Source: an uncultured delta proteobacterium
GTDB lineage: Bacteria; Chloroflexota; Dehalococcoidia; Dehalococcoidales; BS750m-G39
Length of the DNA: 64,000 bases
Direction: 5' to 3'
Assembly: GCA_963739245.1 (NCBI GenBank)
Contig: CAVTZP010000002.1
Span: forward strand, 633 to 64,632
A model generated the notes under the pieces. It made no database searches. It had not been told where the DNA came from and saw nothing but the letters and a program-made list of their open reading frames with translations. Shown piece by piece: positions 30,172 to 39,167 of this stretch; position 1 is the stretch's first letter, and the number at the start of each line of letters is the position of its first letter. The translations under genes and the position numbers were made by a program.

Positions 30172-32529
30172 CTATTTACAGGCTAGTATTGCTCGTTTAA
30201 CCAGCGTCTTGGCTATCTGAATCTTGTACCGGTTGTTTATCACTGGACAGGTGTCGGTGACTACCGCATTAGCCGCACCTTCGGCAGTTGAATCGTTAAT
30301 CGATTTACCTCTTATGTACTCCTCTGCCCTGGTTGCCCGGTAGGGGTTGTTATACACCGCGTTCAGGCATATCCTGGCTTTCTTAACTACCCCCTTCTCA
30401 CTTTCTATGGCGGCGGCACAGTTAACTACCGGGAAGTCTATCGACTTCCTGAGGGCAAACTTAATGAACTTGGACCTCGTGCTAGCACCAGGTATCGGAA
30501 CTTCAATTTCCAGAACTATCTCATCGTCATCCAGGACTGTCGCCTTATCGCCGGCCACAGTGAAAAACCTTTCTGCCTCAATAACCCGTTTTGTGGTCTT
30601 GATTTTAGCCCCCAAAGCTATCAAAGCCGGGGCCATGTCTGATGAGCTAACGGCCACACAGCCGCAATTGAAACATCTATTGGCTTCGGTCTCGACGGCA
30701 CTCAAGCCCAGACTGCTAACCTCCTCAATATCTATGCTCTTAATTCTCTTTGCTACCGGGAGTTCCGGGGTTTTAACCCGGCTTGTTTTCTTAAGGTATG
30801 AACTGTTGAACTTCTCCGGAAGCTTAACCGCCTCGCTGTCTTTATATCGGGTTCCCGTGCCTCCAAGATATTGGTCTATGGAGCTTGCCGCTCTCCTCCC
30901 ACTAGCTATGGCGGCAACAACTGTTGATGGGCCGGTGACGAAATCCCCACCGGCAAAGACATTCTTGCCCAAGGAATGCGTAGCGGTATCCACCTTCAGC
31001 CGTCCGTTTTTGTCCAAGAACTCGGCAGGGATAGTTGAGGTGTCTGGTTCTTCCCCGATTGCCTTTATTACCGCATCAAACTCAGTGGTAAATTCCGAGC
31101 CTTCTACCGGCACGGGCTGAGGTCTTCCCGTCTCGTCTAAAGGCCCCAGCCGCATTCTGGTGCACTTAAGGACTATCTGGCTACCCTTCTTCGACGCTTC
31201 CACGGGCAGGGTAAGGAACTGGATTCTAATGCCTTCCTCCTCTGCCCTGTTAACCTCCTCCTTTACCGCGGGCATCTCCGCCTTGCTGCGCCGATAGATA
31301 ATCACCGGTTCCGCTCCTAGCCTCAGCAGCGTTCTGGCAACATCTATGGCGGCGTTGCCACCGCCTATCACTGCGATTTTCTTTCCCGGCAGTTCTCTAA
31401 CCCCAAGATTCGAATTTCTCAGGAACTCCAAGCCAGATATCATCAATTTCTCGCCCTTTACCCCTGATAGCCTTTCTTTCCCGGCTCCGCAGGCCATGAA
31501 GACAGCATCAAAGCGTTTCATAAGCTCTTCCACTTTGATATCCTCACCGACATTAGCCTTAAGCTTGAATTGGATTCCGGTGCCCTCAAGGGCTTTGACC
31601 TGCCGCCGGACAATGTCCTTAGGCAGCCGGTACGGCGGTATACCATAGGTGAGCAGCCCGCCCGCTTCTTGCATCTGGTCAAAGACAGTTACGCCGTAGC
31701 CAAGCCTCCTGAGGTAATATGCCGCCGAAAGCCCGGCCGGCCCAGAACCGACGATAGCCACGCTCTTTTTGACCTCACTTTGCGGAGATTTAAATATCTC
31801 GTCCATATTCTCCAGGACATAATCACCAATGAACCTCTCGGCGCCCTTAATGGATATTGGTTCGTCAAAATTACCCCGATTGCACTCGCCCTCGCAGAAA
31901 TGGGGGCAGACCCTCCCCGTTATTGCCGGGATGGGGTTGAAATCAAGCAGTATTCTGGCGGCGCCAGCCAGGTCGCCGTCCCTGATTTTACTCAGGTAGG
32001 AGGGTATATCCACGCTAGCCGGGCAATCAGTGGCGCAAGGCGTGCCATTTACCCTGGTGCCGCCGAATATGGAATGGTATCTCCCATCCCCGGTTAAAGC
32101 GTAGCACACCCTGCCCCCCTTCCTCAGGCAGTAGAACCTATTATCAGGAACCCAGTAGTACCAGCACCGGTTACTCTGACAGATGTTACCGCCGATAGTA
32201 CCCATCTCCCTGATATGTGGCGAGGCGGTGCTACGAGCGGCCTCAGCCAATATGGCGCACTTTTCTTTTACCGTCTTGTCCCGGGCGATGTCCTCGAGCC
32301 GAGTCAGGGCGCCAAGCCTTAATATTTTGCCTTCTTCCCTGATATAATCCAGGCCGGAAATGGTCTTGATATTGACTAGGACATCCGGGTATTCCGGCAA
32401 TATCTCATCCTTCATCTGGCCCAACAGGTCAGTACCACCGGCGATGACCCTCGCCTTTTCCCCGTAGTCCTTGAGGACTGAGGTTGCCTCTTCTATTGAA
32501 CCGGCGTTTATATGTTTGAATCTCTTCAT
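30172..32529 (-). CDS. XDH-family FAD/[4Fe-4S] subunit (HcrB/PaoB-like) carrying an internal GltD/NfnB-like Fe-S flavoprotein module
   Basis: N-terminal AGGTDL, SPHIR.MGTIGGN; internal CPA.VDIP, GRVCPH.CE..C, GSGPAGL, GIPPYRLP, GGGNAAID, FAGGD; C-terminal CVA...SD.APAL, K...R..IDF; start reassigned to ATG 32529. Confidence 0.9.
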   Translation of the reverse strand: MKRFKHINAGSIEEATSVLKDYGEKARVIAGGTDLLGQMKDEILPEYPDVLVNIKTISGLDYIREEGKILRLGALTRLEDIARDKTVKEKCAILAEAARSTASPHIREMGTIGGNICQSNRCWYYWVPDNRFYCLRKGGRVCYALTGDGRYHSIFGGTRVNGTPCATDCPASVDIPSYLSKIRDGDLAGAARILLDFNPIPAITGRVCPHFCEGECNRGNFDEPISIKGAERFIGDYVLENMDEIFKSPQSEVKKSVAIVGSGPAGLSAAYYLRRLGYGVTVFDQMQEAGGLLTYGIPPYRLPKDIVRRQVKALEGTGIQFKLKANVGEDIKVEELMKRFDAVFMACGAGKERLSGVKGEKLMISGLEFLRNSNLGVRELPGKKIAVIGGGNAAIDVARTLLRLGAEPVIIYRRSKAEMPAVKEEVNRAEEEGIRIQFLTLPVEASKKGSQIVLKCTRMRLGPLDETGRPQPVPVEGSEFTTEFDAVIKAIGEEPDTSTIPAEFLDKNGRLKVDTATHSLGKNVFAGGDFVTGPSTVVAAIASGRRAASSIDQYLGGTGTRYKDSEAVKLPEKFNSSYLKKTSRVKTPELPVAKRIKSIDIEEVSSLGLSAVETEANRCFNCGCVAVSSSDMAPALIALGAKIKTTKRVIEAERFFTVAGDKATVLDDDEIVLEIEVPIPGASTRSKFIKFALRKSIDFPVVNCAAAIESEKGVVKKARICLNAVYNNPYRATRAEEYIRGKSINDSTAEGAANAVVTDTCPVINNRYKIQIAKTLVKRAILACK

Positions 32530-32530
32530 G

Positions 32531-34984
32531 CTACGCCTTTCCCACCGCCTTAAGAACTTTGTCCGGTGTAACCGGGAAGCCATCGACCCATTTGCCGATA
32601 GCATTGTGGACAGCGGGGCTAATAAGCGCCGGTACCACGGTGGCAACGTCCTCACCGATACCAACGAGCCCATAGGGACCATAACCCATCCCGGTTTCGA
32701 CGAGGATAGTATCTATATGTCCAATGTCAAGCATTGTCGGGACTTTGTAATTTAGAAGATTGCCGTTAAGCATGACACCCGTCACTGGGTCATGGACAAC
32801 CTCCTCGCTTCGCCCCCTGCCCACCCCCATATAAGCTCCACCGTATTGCTGCCCTTCGCAACCCTCCCAGTTTATTACCTTGCCAACATCATTGACGGTA
32901 ACTACCCGCACCACATCAACCTCACCAGTCTCAGTATCCACCTCGACTTCCATGAAATGTGCCTGCCGGCAGAAGCGGAGACGTGCCCCGGAGTAAGCCC
33001 CAACTTGCATTTGCCAAGCATATTCAAAGAGAGGCCAAGTAAAAGGATGCCTGACACCCTTCTCACCGGAGGGCACTGGCTCACCGCGAGGCGAGCCAAT
33101 CGGGCCCATAGCACCAGAGGAACCAACAAATTCTGCCAGCGTCCTTCTATTTGACGGATTTGCCTTCTCGTAGATTACGCTCTCTTTGATGTCCAATTCT
33201 TCAGGTTTCTTTCCCGGGAAGGCAGGGGGAGCACTACCTAGTTGCGTCGCCCCCCTGGGACTGGTAGCGGCTTCAAGAATCTTTCGTTTCAGAAGTCGGG
33301 CCGCATTTCTGATGGCAAAGCCATTAACCGACATATTAGTCGACGAATCGGGGGCCATAGTGAAGAAACCAGCATCAATTTGCGGTCGGTAATAAACATC
33401 TTCAAGGCGCATCCCCAGTTCATCAGCGGCAATCTGGCAATAAGCGGTCTCAGCATTAATTCCAACATCGGCGCGACAGCCCAGGATAGTAGCCGTGCCG
33501 TCGTTACGCTCAATGCGTATCGCCATTTCACTCGACCCGGCTGAATCCTCCCACTCATGTGTCCAGGTAAAGCCAAGCCCATGCATCTTGCCGTTGGGAA
33601 GCCTCTTTGTTCCCGGGGCATGCCACTTCTTATCCCAACCTATGGCTGCCTTCCCCTTCTCTATGCACTCCTTCAGGCTATCTCTAACCTTGAATCCCAT
33701 CTCCGCCTTACGACTATTTAGCCATGTCATGTCGTGGCCATCAGCGCCGTCGTTTTTAAGTGCCACCTCTACCGGATCAAGCCCGAGCGCATCGGCGACA
33801 TGATTAAATACCAGGGTAAGACTATGGCAATTTGAGTTTTGTTCGCAACGCGTTGGCACGGTTAGCCCTTTATTTATCCTCACTACCTCTGTCTTACCAT
33901 ATATGTTGTGAATCTTAGTGTTGTCATGAAAATGTCTGACAAAACCAAAAAACGGCAAAAGTTGGTTGGCAACCACCGATCTCCCCTTTACTGCGGTGAT
34001 TGTCCCATCCAGTTTAGCCCCTACCTTAAAATAATATACCCCCTCATCCATCTCCCCACCATAGAAGTCTTCCCGCCGATTAAATATCCACTTAACTGGT
34101 CGGCCCGTTCTCTTAGCCAGGACGGCAGCACAATAGTGCCCCCCCATATTCCAGGGCATCTGACTCCACCCACCAAAACTTGCCCCTTGATAAGGACAGT
34201 GGATCTGAATCTTATTCATGGGTATGCCACCAAACCAGGAAGCTATGACACGCTTGCATATATGTGGACGCTGTTGCTTAAGCCAGACCTCCGGGCAGTC
34301 TCCATTCCATCGGAACACACCGCAAGGACGCTCTGGCCCAATCCAGGTATTAAGGCCCTGCCGGAAGTTGAATTCAATTATCTTATCCGCCTCGGCAAAA
34401 CCTTTCTCCACATCGCCGTGCTCCTCCACATCTAAAACCTGGGGGTAAAGATTGCCATTAGGGTATGACTCAGGGTCGGCTAAAGGAGCACCTGGCTGCA
34501 ACGCCTCCTCCACATCTAGGACAAAGGGGCGTTCTTTCCATGCCACATCTATCAACTTCAGCGCCTGCTCAGCTATTTCCTCGCTATCAGCAGCGACAAT
34601 AGCACCAACCTCCTCCCCCTGGAAGTGAGCTATCTTAGGCAGAACCGGCTCGGTTGATGGTTCATGCCCACCCAGGTCCGCCACCGGTGGTAGCTCCGGG
34701 TCGTCATACCTCAGTATAGCCCTTACCCCGGGCAACACCTCGGCCTTGCTGGTGTCCATGCTCTTTATCTCGGCATGAGGGTAAGGAGAGGTAAGGAATC
34801 TGGCGTACAGCATCCCCGGCAGCTTCACATCCATGGTATATTTCGCCATTCCCGTCGCCTTCTCATAGCCATCTAAACGGCGGACACCGCGTTTCCCTAT
34901 GCTGTTGTATTTCTCCAGGGGATACTTATCCGCCCTTAGATTATCAAACAGCTCTTGTATCTTTGACATCTCATCGCTACCCAT
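32531..34984 (-). CDS. Xanthine dehydrogenase family molybdopterin-binding subunit (divergent active site)
   Basis: KATG.AKYT.D, SPYPHA.I, D.LG.DPVE...KN, G..INAET...QIAA.ELG, DVGKVIN, GP.G..GIGE. Confidence 0.9.
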   Translation of the reverse strand: MGSDEMSKIQELFDNLRADKYPLEKYNSIGKRGVRRLDGYEKATGMAKYTMDVKLPGMLYARFLTSPYPHAEIKSMDTSKAEVLPGVRAILRYDDPELPPVADLGGHEPSTEPVLPKIAHFQGEEVGAIVAADSEEIAEQALKLIDVAWKERPFVLDVEEALQPGAPLADPESYPNGNLYPQVLDVEEHGDVEKGFAEADKIIEFNFRQGLNTWIGPERPCGVFRWNGDCPEVWLKQQRPHICKRVIASWFGGIPMNKIQIHCPYQGASFGGWSQMPWNMGGHYCAAVLAKRTGRPVKWIFNRREDFYGGEMDEGVYYFKVGAKLDGTITAVKGRSVVANQLLPFFGFVRHFHDNTKIHNIYGKTEVVRINKGLTVPTRCEQNSNCHSLTLVFNHVADALGLDPVEVALKNDGADGHDMTWLNSRKAEMGFKVRDSLKECIEKGKAAIGWDKKWHAPGTKRLPNGKMHGLGFTWTHEWEDSAGSSEMAIRIERNDGTATILGCRADVGINAETAYCQIAADELGMRLEDVYYRPQIDAGFFTMAPDSSTNMSVNGFAIRNAARLLKRKILEAATSPRGATQLGSAPPAFPGKKPEELDIKESVIYEKANPSNRRTLAEFVGSSGAMGPIGSPRGEPVPSGEKGVRHPFTWPLFEYAWQMQVGAYSGARLRFCRQAHFMEVEVDTETGEVDVVRVVTVNDVGKVINWEGCEGQQYGGAYMGVGRGRSEEVVHDPVTGVMLNGNLLNYKVPTMLDIGHIDTILVETGMGYGPYGLVGIGEDVATVVPALISPAVHNAIGKWVDGFPVTPDKVLKAVGKA

Positions 34985-34989
34985 ACTCT

Positions 34990-35493
34990 CTACCTCCGGG
35001 GCAAATTACTGGCCACTTCCAGCACAGCTAGGGTGTGTCGGGGATATGTGCCGCACCGACACAGATTGCCAACAAGGGCCTCCTCCACCTCTTCTTTTGT
35101 TGGATTGGGATTCTTGTCCAACAAAGCCTTCACCGTAACGATAAAACCCGGCGTACAGTAACCACACTGCATAGAGCTATGCTTGACATAGGCTTCGATA
35201 AGGGGATGGTTGGCTCTGGCAATCCCCTCTATAGTCTCTATGGTTTTGCCATCACACTCTATAGCCAGTGTCATACAGGAGAGGATTGGCCTCCCGTCCA
35301 GAATCACAGCACAAGCACCACAGGCTCCCTCATTGCAAAGCTCTTTAGTTCCGGTCAACCCAAGCTCATTATGAAGCACGTACTGCAGGGTCCAGTTCGA
35401 CTTGACCCTCACTTCATATAAATCCCCGTTCACCGCAAATTTTATTTCTTCCTCGGCTATTGGAACTTTCTTGGCTGGTGGCGACATACCCAA
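34990..35493 (-). CDS. Xanthine dehydrogenase family [2Fe-2S] subunit
   Basis: TGTKELCNEGACGAC...SC, QCGYCTPG, GNLCRCGTY. Confidence 0.95.
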   Translation of the reverse strand: MGMSPPAKKVPIAEEEIKFAVNGDLYEVRVKSNWTLQYVLHNELGLTGTKELCNEGACGACAVILDGRPILSCMTLAIECDGKTIETIEGIARANHPLIEAYVKHSSMQCGYCTPGFIVTVKALLDKNPNPTKEEVEEALVGNLCRCGTYPRHTLAVLEVASNLPRR

Positions 35494-35512
35494 ATATTCT
35501 CCTTTCTGGCGT

Positions 35513-35536
35513 CTAGATATATACTAGATATATAAT
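35513..35536. promoter_or_regulatory. Tandem 11-bp repeat / quasi-palindrome over a -10 box in a divergent promoter region
   Basis: CTAGATATATA at 35513-35523 and 35524-35534; TATAAT at 35531-35536. Confidence 0.5.
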
Positions 35537-35612
35537 GGTATTTCGGTGTATTATAGCACAGGCGGACAAGGAGAAAAGACCTGACAAGAGAATATCTGAG
35601 GGAGTTATAGTT

Positions 35613-36938
35613 ATGAGTTCGGAAAAGTACTGGAATCCAATTCTGGAAACACTACCCCGTGAGAAACTTCAGCAATTGCAGCTAAAGAAGTTTCAGGAAA
35701 TATTCAAGTGGGCTTATGAGCACTCCAAGTTCTATCATAAACTATATAGCGAAGCCGGCATAGAACCTGGCGACATCAGGACGTTTGATGATATACCAAA
35801 GGTGCCCAAGATAGAAAAGGCCATGATGAGAGGCATTCAGGGCAAGGACCCCTTTCCCTACGGGGACATCCTGTGCGTGCCCTTAGAGCAGGTAACGGAA
35901 TACCGCCAGACCAGCGGCACGACGGGACAGCCGGTATATCAGGCTGATACGTGGCAGGACTGGGAGGGCGGCGTTGAAGCCTATTGCTATGCATTATACG
36001 CCCAGGGATATCGCGATAGCGACCGCGTGTTCGTACCCTTTGGCTACAACATATTTATCGCCTTCTGGGTATATCATTATGCGGCGGAGAAACTGGGCTG
36101 TGAGGTAATCCCCGGCGGGGTCTTAAATACCGAGGCGCGAATATTAAAGATGCAGGAGCTAAGAGCCACGGGGATGGGAGCCACGCCAACCTACGTGCTC
36201 GGTATGGCCGAGACCGCCAGAAAAATGGGTATAAACCCGCCCAAGGATTTATTTATCCGGAAAATCACCGTCGCCGGAGAGCCGGGAGGCAGTGTTCCGG
36301 CAACCAGGAAAAGAATGGAGGATGCCTGGGGAGCCAAGGTCTACGACCAGGCAGGCAGCACGGAAATGGGCCACTGGGGCTGGGAATGCCAGTATCAATG
36401 CGGGCTGCATGTCAATGAGGCTTTCTACCTTATGGAGATAGAAGATGTTGATACCGGTGAAATTATCACCGAGCCCGGCAGGAGGGGCAAGATGGTTGTC
36501 ACTACCTTTCACCGTCTGGCTCAGCCATGCATCAGGTTCGATGCTAAGGATATAGTTGAGTGGAGCCCGATAGACAGGTGCGAATGTGGCCGAACCTTCC
36601 ACCTTCTTCGGGGTGGTGTTACGGGACGGGCGGATGACATTACCAAGGTGAAAGGGGTGCTCTTGGCTCCGGCTTCCATTGAGGAGGTGGTCAGAAGCAT
36701 CCCCGAGCTCGGCAACGAGTATGAGGTGACGGTAATTAAAAAGGGCGATATAGACGATATTACATTAAAAGTTGAGTTAATGCCGGGGCAAGAGGGTAAT
36801 GTTGACGCCATCAGGCCTAAGCTGGTTGACCAACTCCGGCTAAAGACCAATTTAGGGTATAACCTGGAGTTTCTTCAGCATGGCGCTTTACCCAGGTATG
36901 ATACTAAGGCAAAAAGGTTTAAGGACCTGAGACATTAA
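35613..36938 (+). CDS. Phenylacetate-CoA ligase (PaaK-like) family acyl/aryl-CoA ligase
   Basis: YWNP.LETLPRE.L, TSGTTGQP, AGEPG, GRADD..KVKGV; ATG 35613 after GAGGGAG. Confidence 0.9.
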   Translation: MSSEKYWNPILETLPREKLQQLQLKKFQEIFKWAYEHSKFYHKLYSEAGIEPGDIRTFDDIPKVPKIEKAMMRGIQGKDPFPYGDILCVPLEQVTEYRQTSGTTGQPVYQADTWQDWEGGVEAYCYALYAQGYRDSDRVFVPFGYNIFIAFWVYHYAAEKLGCEVIPGGVLNTEARILKMQELRATGMGATPTYVLGMAETARKMGINPPKDLFIRKITVAGEPGGSVPATRKRMEDAWGAKVYDQAGSTEMGHWGWECQYQCGLHVNEAFYLMEIEDVDTGEIITEPGRRGKMVVTTFHRLAQPCIRFDAKDIVEWSPIDRCECGRTFHLLRGGVTGRADDITKVKGVLLAPASIEEVVRSIPELGNEYEVTVIKKGDIDDITLKVELMPGQEGNVDAIRPKLVDQLRLKTNLGYNLEFLQHGALPRYDTKAKRFKDLRH

Positions 36939-36949
36939 GGAGTAATAAG

Positions 36950-37129
36950 TTGGTTAAAGAATATAAAATAGGGGATATGGCGGAAAAGATACAGTTACTA
37001 AAACAGACCGCCACCGAGCTAAAGCGTATCTCCGGGGGAATTCAGGCAGTAGACCGGAATGTTGACCGTATCCAGGCAAATATCAAGATGCTGGAGATAA
37101 GCATCAGTGACGTTGTCGGTCTCCTTTAA
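36950..37129 (+). CDS. Small helical hypothetical protein (59 aa)
   Basis: Read by hand: TTG start after AAGGAG; MVKEYKIGDMAEKIQLLKQTATELKRISGGIQAVDRNVDRIQANIKMLEISISDVVGLL; fills the gap after paaK. Confidence 0.7.
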   Translation: MVKEYKIGDMAEKIQLLKQTATELKRISGGIQAVDRNVDRIQANIKMLEISISDVVGLL

Positions 37130-37143
37130 GAGGAGATTGACGG

Positions 37144-37671
37144 CTATAGCCCCCCTTGCTCTTTATAGCGCTTAACCAATTTAGCATAAATTTGAGGGGC
37201 TTCTTTTATCCAGAATGATTGTTTTGCTGAAACCCGCCCTTTGATTTTCCCCGGAACGCCGACAACGAGTGAGTTGTCGGGAATCTTCATCCCCTCGCTG
37301 ACCAGGCAGCCAGCCCCAATGATACAAAAGTTGCCAATCTCAACCTCATGGAGGATGGTGGCGTTCATGCCGATGAGAACATTATTCCCGATTTTACGGC
37401 AGTTAATCACTGCCCCATGACCGAGGTGCACATCATTCCCGATGGTGACATCCTTTATATCAGAGTGGGGTGAACCGGAATGAATAACGCAGTTATCCTC
37501 TATAGCGGTATTTTTGCCAATTGTTATCTTGCCAAAGTCACCACGAATTACCGCTCCCGGCCAGACACTGGAGTTTTCCCCGATTTCAACATCACCGATA
37601 ATATGTGCCGCCTCGCTGACCAGGGCTGATTTGGCTATCTTGGGCGTCTTACCCTCAAAGGCTTTAATCAA
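37144..37671 (-). CDS. Gamma-carbonic anhydrase / PaaY-CaiE-like hexapeptide-repeat protein
   Basis: IGDV.IG...SVWPGAV.RGD, IG...IEDNCV.H, GHGA, IGM.ATIL. Confidence 0.9.
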   Translation of the reverse strand: MIKAFEGKTPKIAKSALVSEAAHIIGDVEIGENSSVWPGAVIRGDFGKITIGKNTAIEDNCVIHSGSPHSDIKDVTIGNDVHLGHGAVINCRKIGNNVLIGMNATILHEVEIGNFCIIGAGCLVSEGMKIPDNSLVVGVPGKIKGRVSAKQSFWIKEAPQIYAKLVKRYKEQGGL

Positions 37672-37746
37672 TTAAAATCTCCTTTACTCGGTAATATTTT
37701 TAACTTATACTCCTTGAAGGATGTTGTGTCAAATAGGAGGGTATTG

Positions 37747-38004
37747 ATGTCTGAGGTGATAGCCAGGGTAATATCCCAAAAGGGGACTTGTGCTGGTGGG
37801 CACAAGGTCGGCGATGAGTTTATCATCGGGGAAAAGGCTCCACCCAACCTGTGTGCTTGGGCGTTTCACTCCCTGTTTCCCTTCGTTGCCGTGCTGCAAC
37901 TTGGCGGCTCATTCCCCTGGGAGGAGGACCCAAACAAGGCTGCTGTTGCCTGCCCTGACCCGGCAAATCCGGTGGTGTTTGAATTAAGGTGCACCCGGCC
38001 TTAG
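37747..38004 (+). CDS. TIGR04076-like small Cys-containing protein
   Basis: V....G.C..GHKVGD.F, C.WA..SL.P, CPD..N.VVF; ATG 37747 after GGAGG. Confidence 0.75.
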   Translation: MSEVIARVISQKGTCAGGHKVGDEFIIGEKAPPNLCAWAFHSLFPFVAVLQLGGSFPWEEDPNKAAVACPDPANPVVFELRCTRP

Positions 38005-38105
38005 TCAGAGGGCACTCTCCGGCCCATTCGGAGCCGGTTACAATCCAGGGCAAAAAGGTCTATAATAGCCACGAATTAAGTACTGGCTTGTTTAAAGGAG
38101 CATAG

Positions 38106-39167
38106 GTGGCAGAACTCTTGTCCAATACTATCAAAATGCTCAAGCCTCTGGATAAGGGGGCAATGGACAGCGCCCGCGCCAGGCAAGACACCCTGACCAA
38201 GCCGCAGGGCAGTCTGGGCCGGCTGGAGGAGCTGTCCATCAAGCTGGCGGGCATTCAGGGTAAACCTATCCCCCAAATCAGACATAAGGTCATTTTTACC
38301 CTGGCTGGCGACCATGGGGTTGTGGCGGAAGGGGTAAGTGCCTACCCACAGGAGGTTACCGCCCAAATGATTTATAACTTTTTGAGGGGCGGGGCGGGGA
38401 TAAATGTGCTGGCTCGCCAGGTTGGGGCAAGGGTTGTCGTCGTTGACATGGGGGTGGCAGCTAAGCTTGAGCCGCACCCCCAGCTTATATCCAGGAAGAT
38501 TGCCCCCGGCACCCGGGATATGTTTTTACGCCCAGCGATGACTCAAGAGCAGGCAGTGAGGGCAATAGAGGCCGGGATTGAGTTGGTGGGAGGTGAGGTG
38601 ACCAAGGGTCTTGATATCGTTGGCACCGGTGATATGGGCATCGGCAATACCACTGCCAGCAGCGCTATCTGCGCGGTGATGACGGGGAAATCGGTAGCCG
38701 AGGTGGTGGGCAGGGGCACGGGGATAGACGATAGGCAGCTCAAGCACAAGGTGGATGTGATAAGCCAGGCCCTAGCCGTGAACCGCCCCGACCCTAAAAA
38801 GCCCTTAGATGTGCTGGCCAAGGTGGGAGGCTTTGAGATTGGCGGGCTGGTGGGGGTGATGCTGGCCGCGGCTGCTTACCGCATACCGATAGTTTTAGAC
38901 GGCTTTATCTCCGGGGCCGCCGCCCTTATCGCAGTGGCGATGGCACCTAAACTTAAGGATTTTCTTATCGCTGCCCATGTCTCGGCAGAACCCGGGCATA
39001 AGGTGGTGCTCAGGCACCTGAGGCTTAAGCCGCTGCTTAATCTGGGTATGCGCTTGGGTGAAGGCAGCGGTGCTGTCCTGGGAATATTTCTGGCTGAGGC
39101 CGCCGCCAGGATTCTGGCTGAGATGTCAACCTTCGCTGAAGCCGGAGTATCAGAAAAGGAGAAATAA
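38106..39167 (+). CDS. cobT: Nicotinate-nucleotide--dimethylbenzimidazole phosphoribosyltransferase
   Basis: LTKP.GSLGRLE, AGDHGV, GDMGIGNTT, GGFEI, LDGFI, MRLGEGSG. Confidence 0.97.
   Translation: MAELLSNTIKMLKPLDKGAMDSARARQDTLTKPQGSLGRLEELSIKLAGIQGKPIPQIRHKVIFTLAGDHGVVAEGVSAYPQEVTAQMIYNFLRGGAGINVLARQVGARVVVVDMGVAAKLEPHPQLISRKIAPGTRDMFLRPAMTQEQAVRAIEAGIELVGGEVTKGLDIVGTGDMGIGNTTASSAICAVMTGKSVAEVVGRGTGIDDRQLKHKVDVISQALAVNRPDPKKPLDVLAKVGGFEIGGLVGVMLAAAAYRIPIVLDGFISGAAALIAVAMAPKLKDFLIAAHVSAEPGHKVVLRHLRLKPLLNLGMRLGEGSGAVLGIFLAEAAARILAEMSTFAEAGVSEKEK

Noticed and set aside
32530-32682. 51-aa N-terminal extension of the fused FAD subunit
   Set aside because: Overlaps the Mo subunit gene; ATG 32529 directly follows its stop
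30347-34448. Long plus-strand ORFs (30347..31120, 31570..32097, 33908..34435 and others)
   Set aside because: Antisense shadows of the molybdoenzyme subunits with no independent motifs
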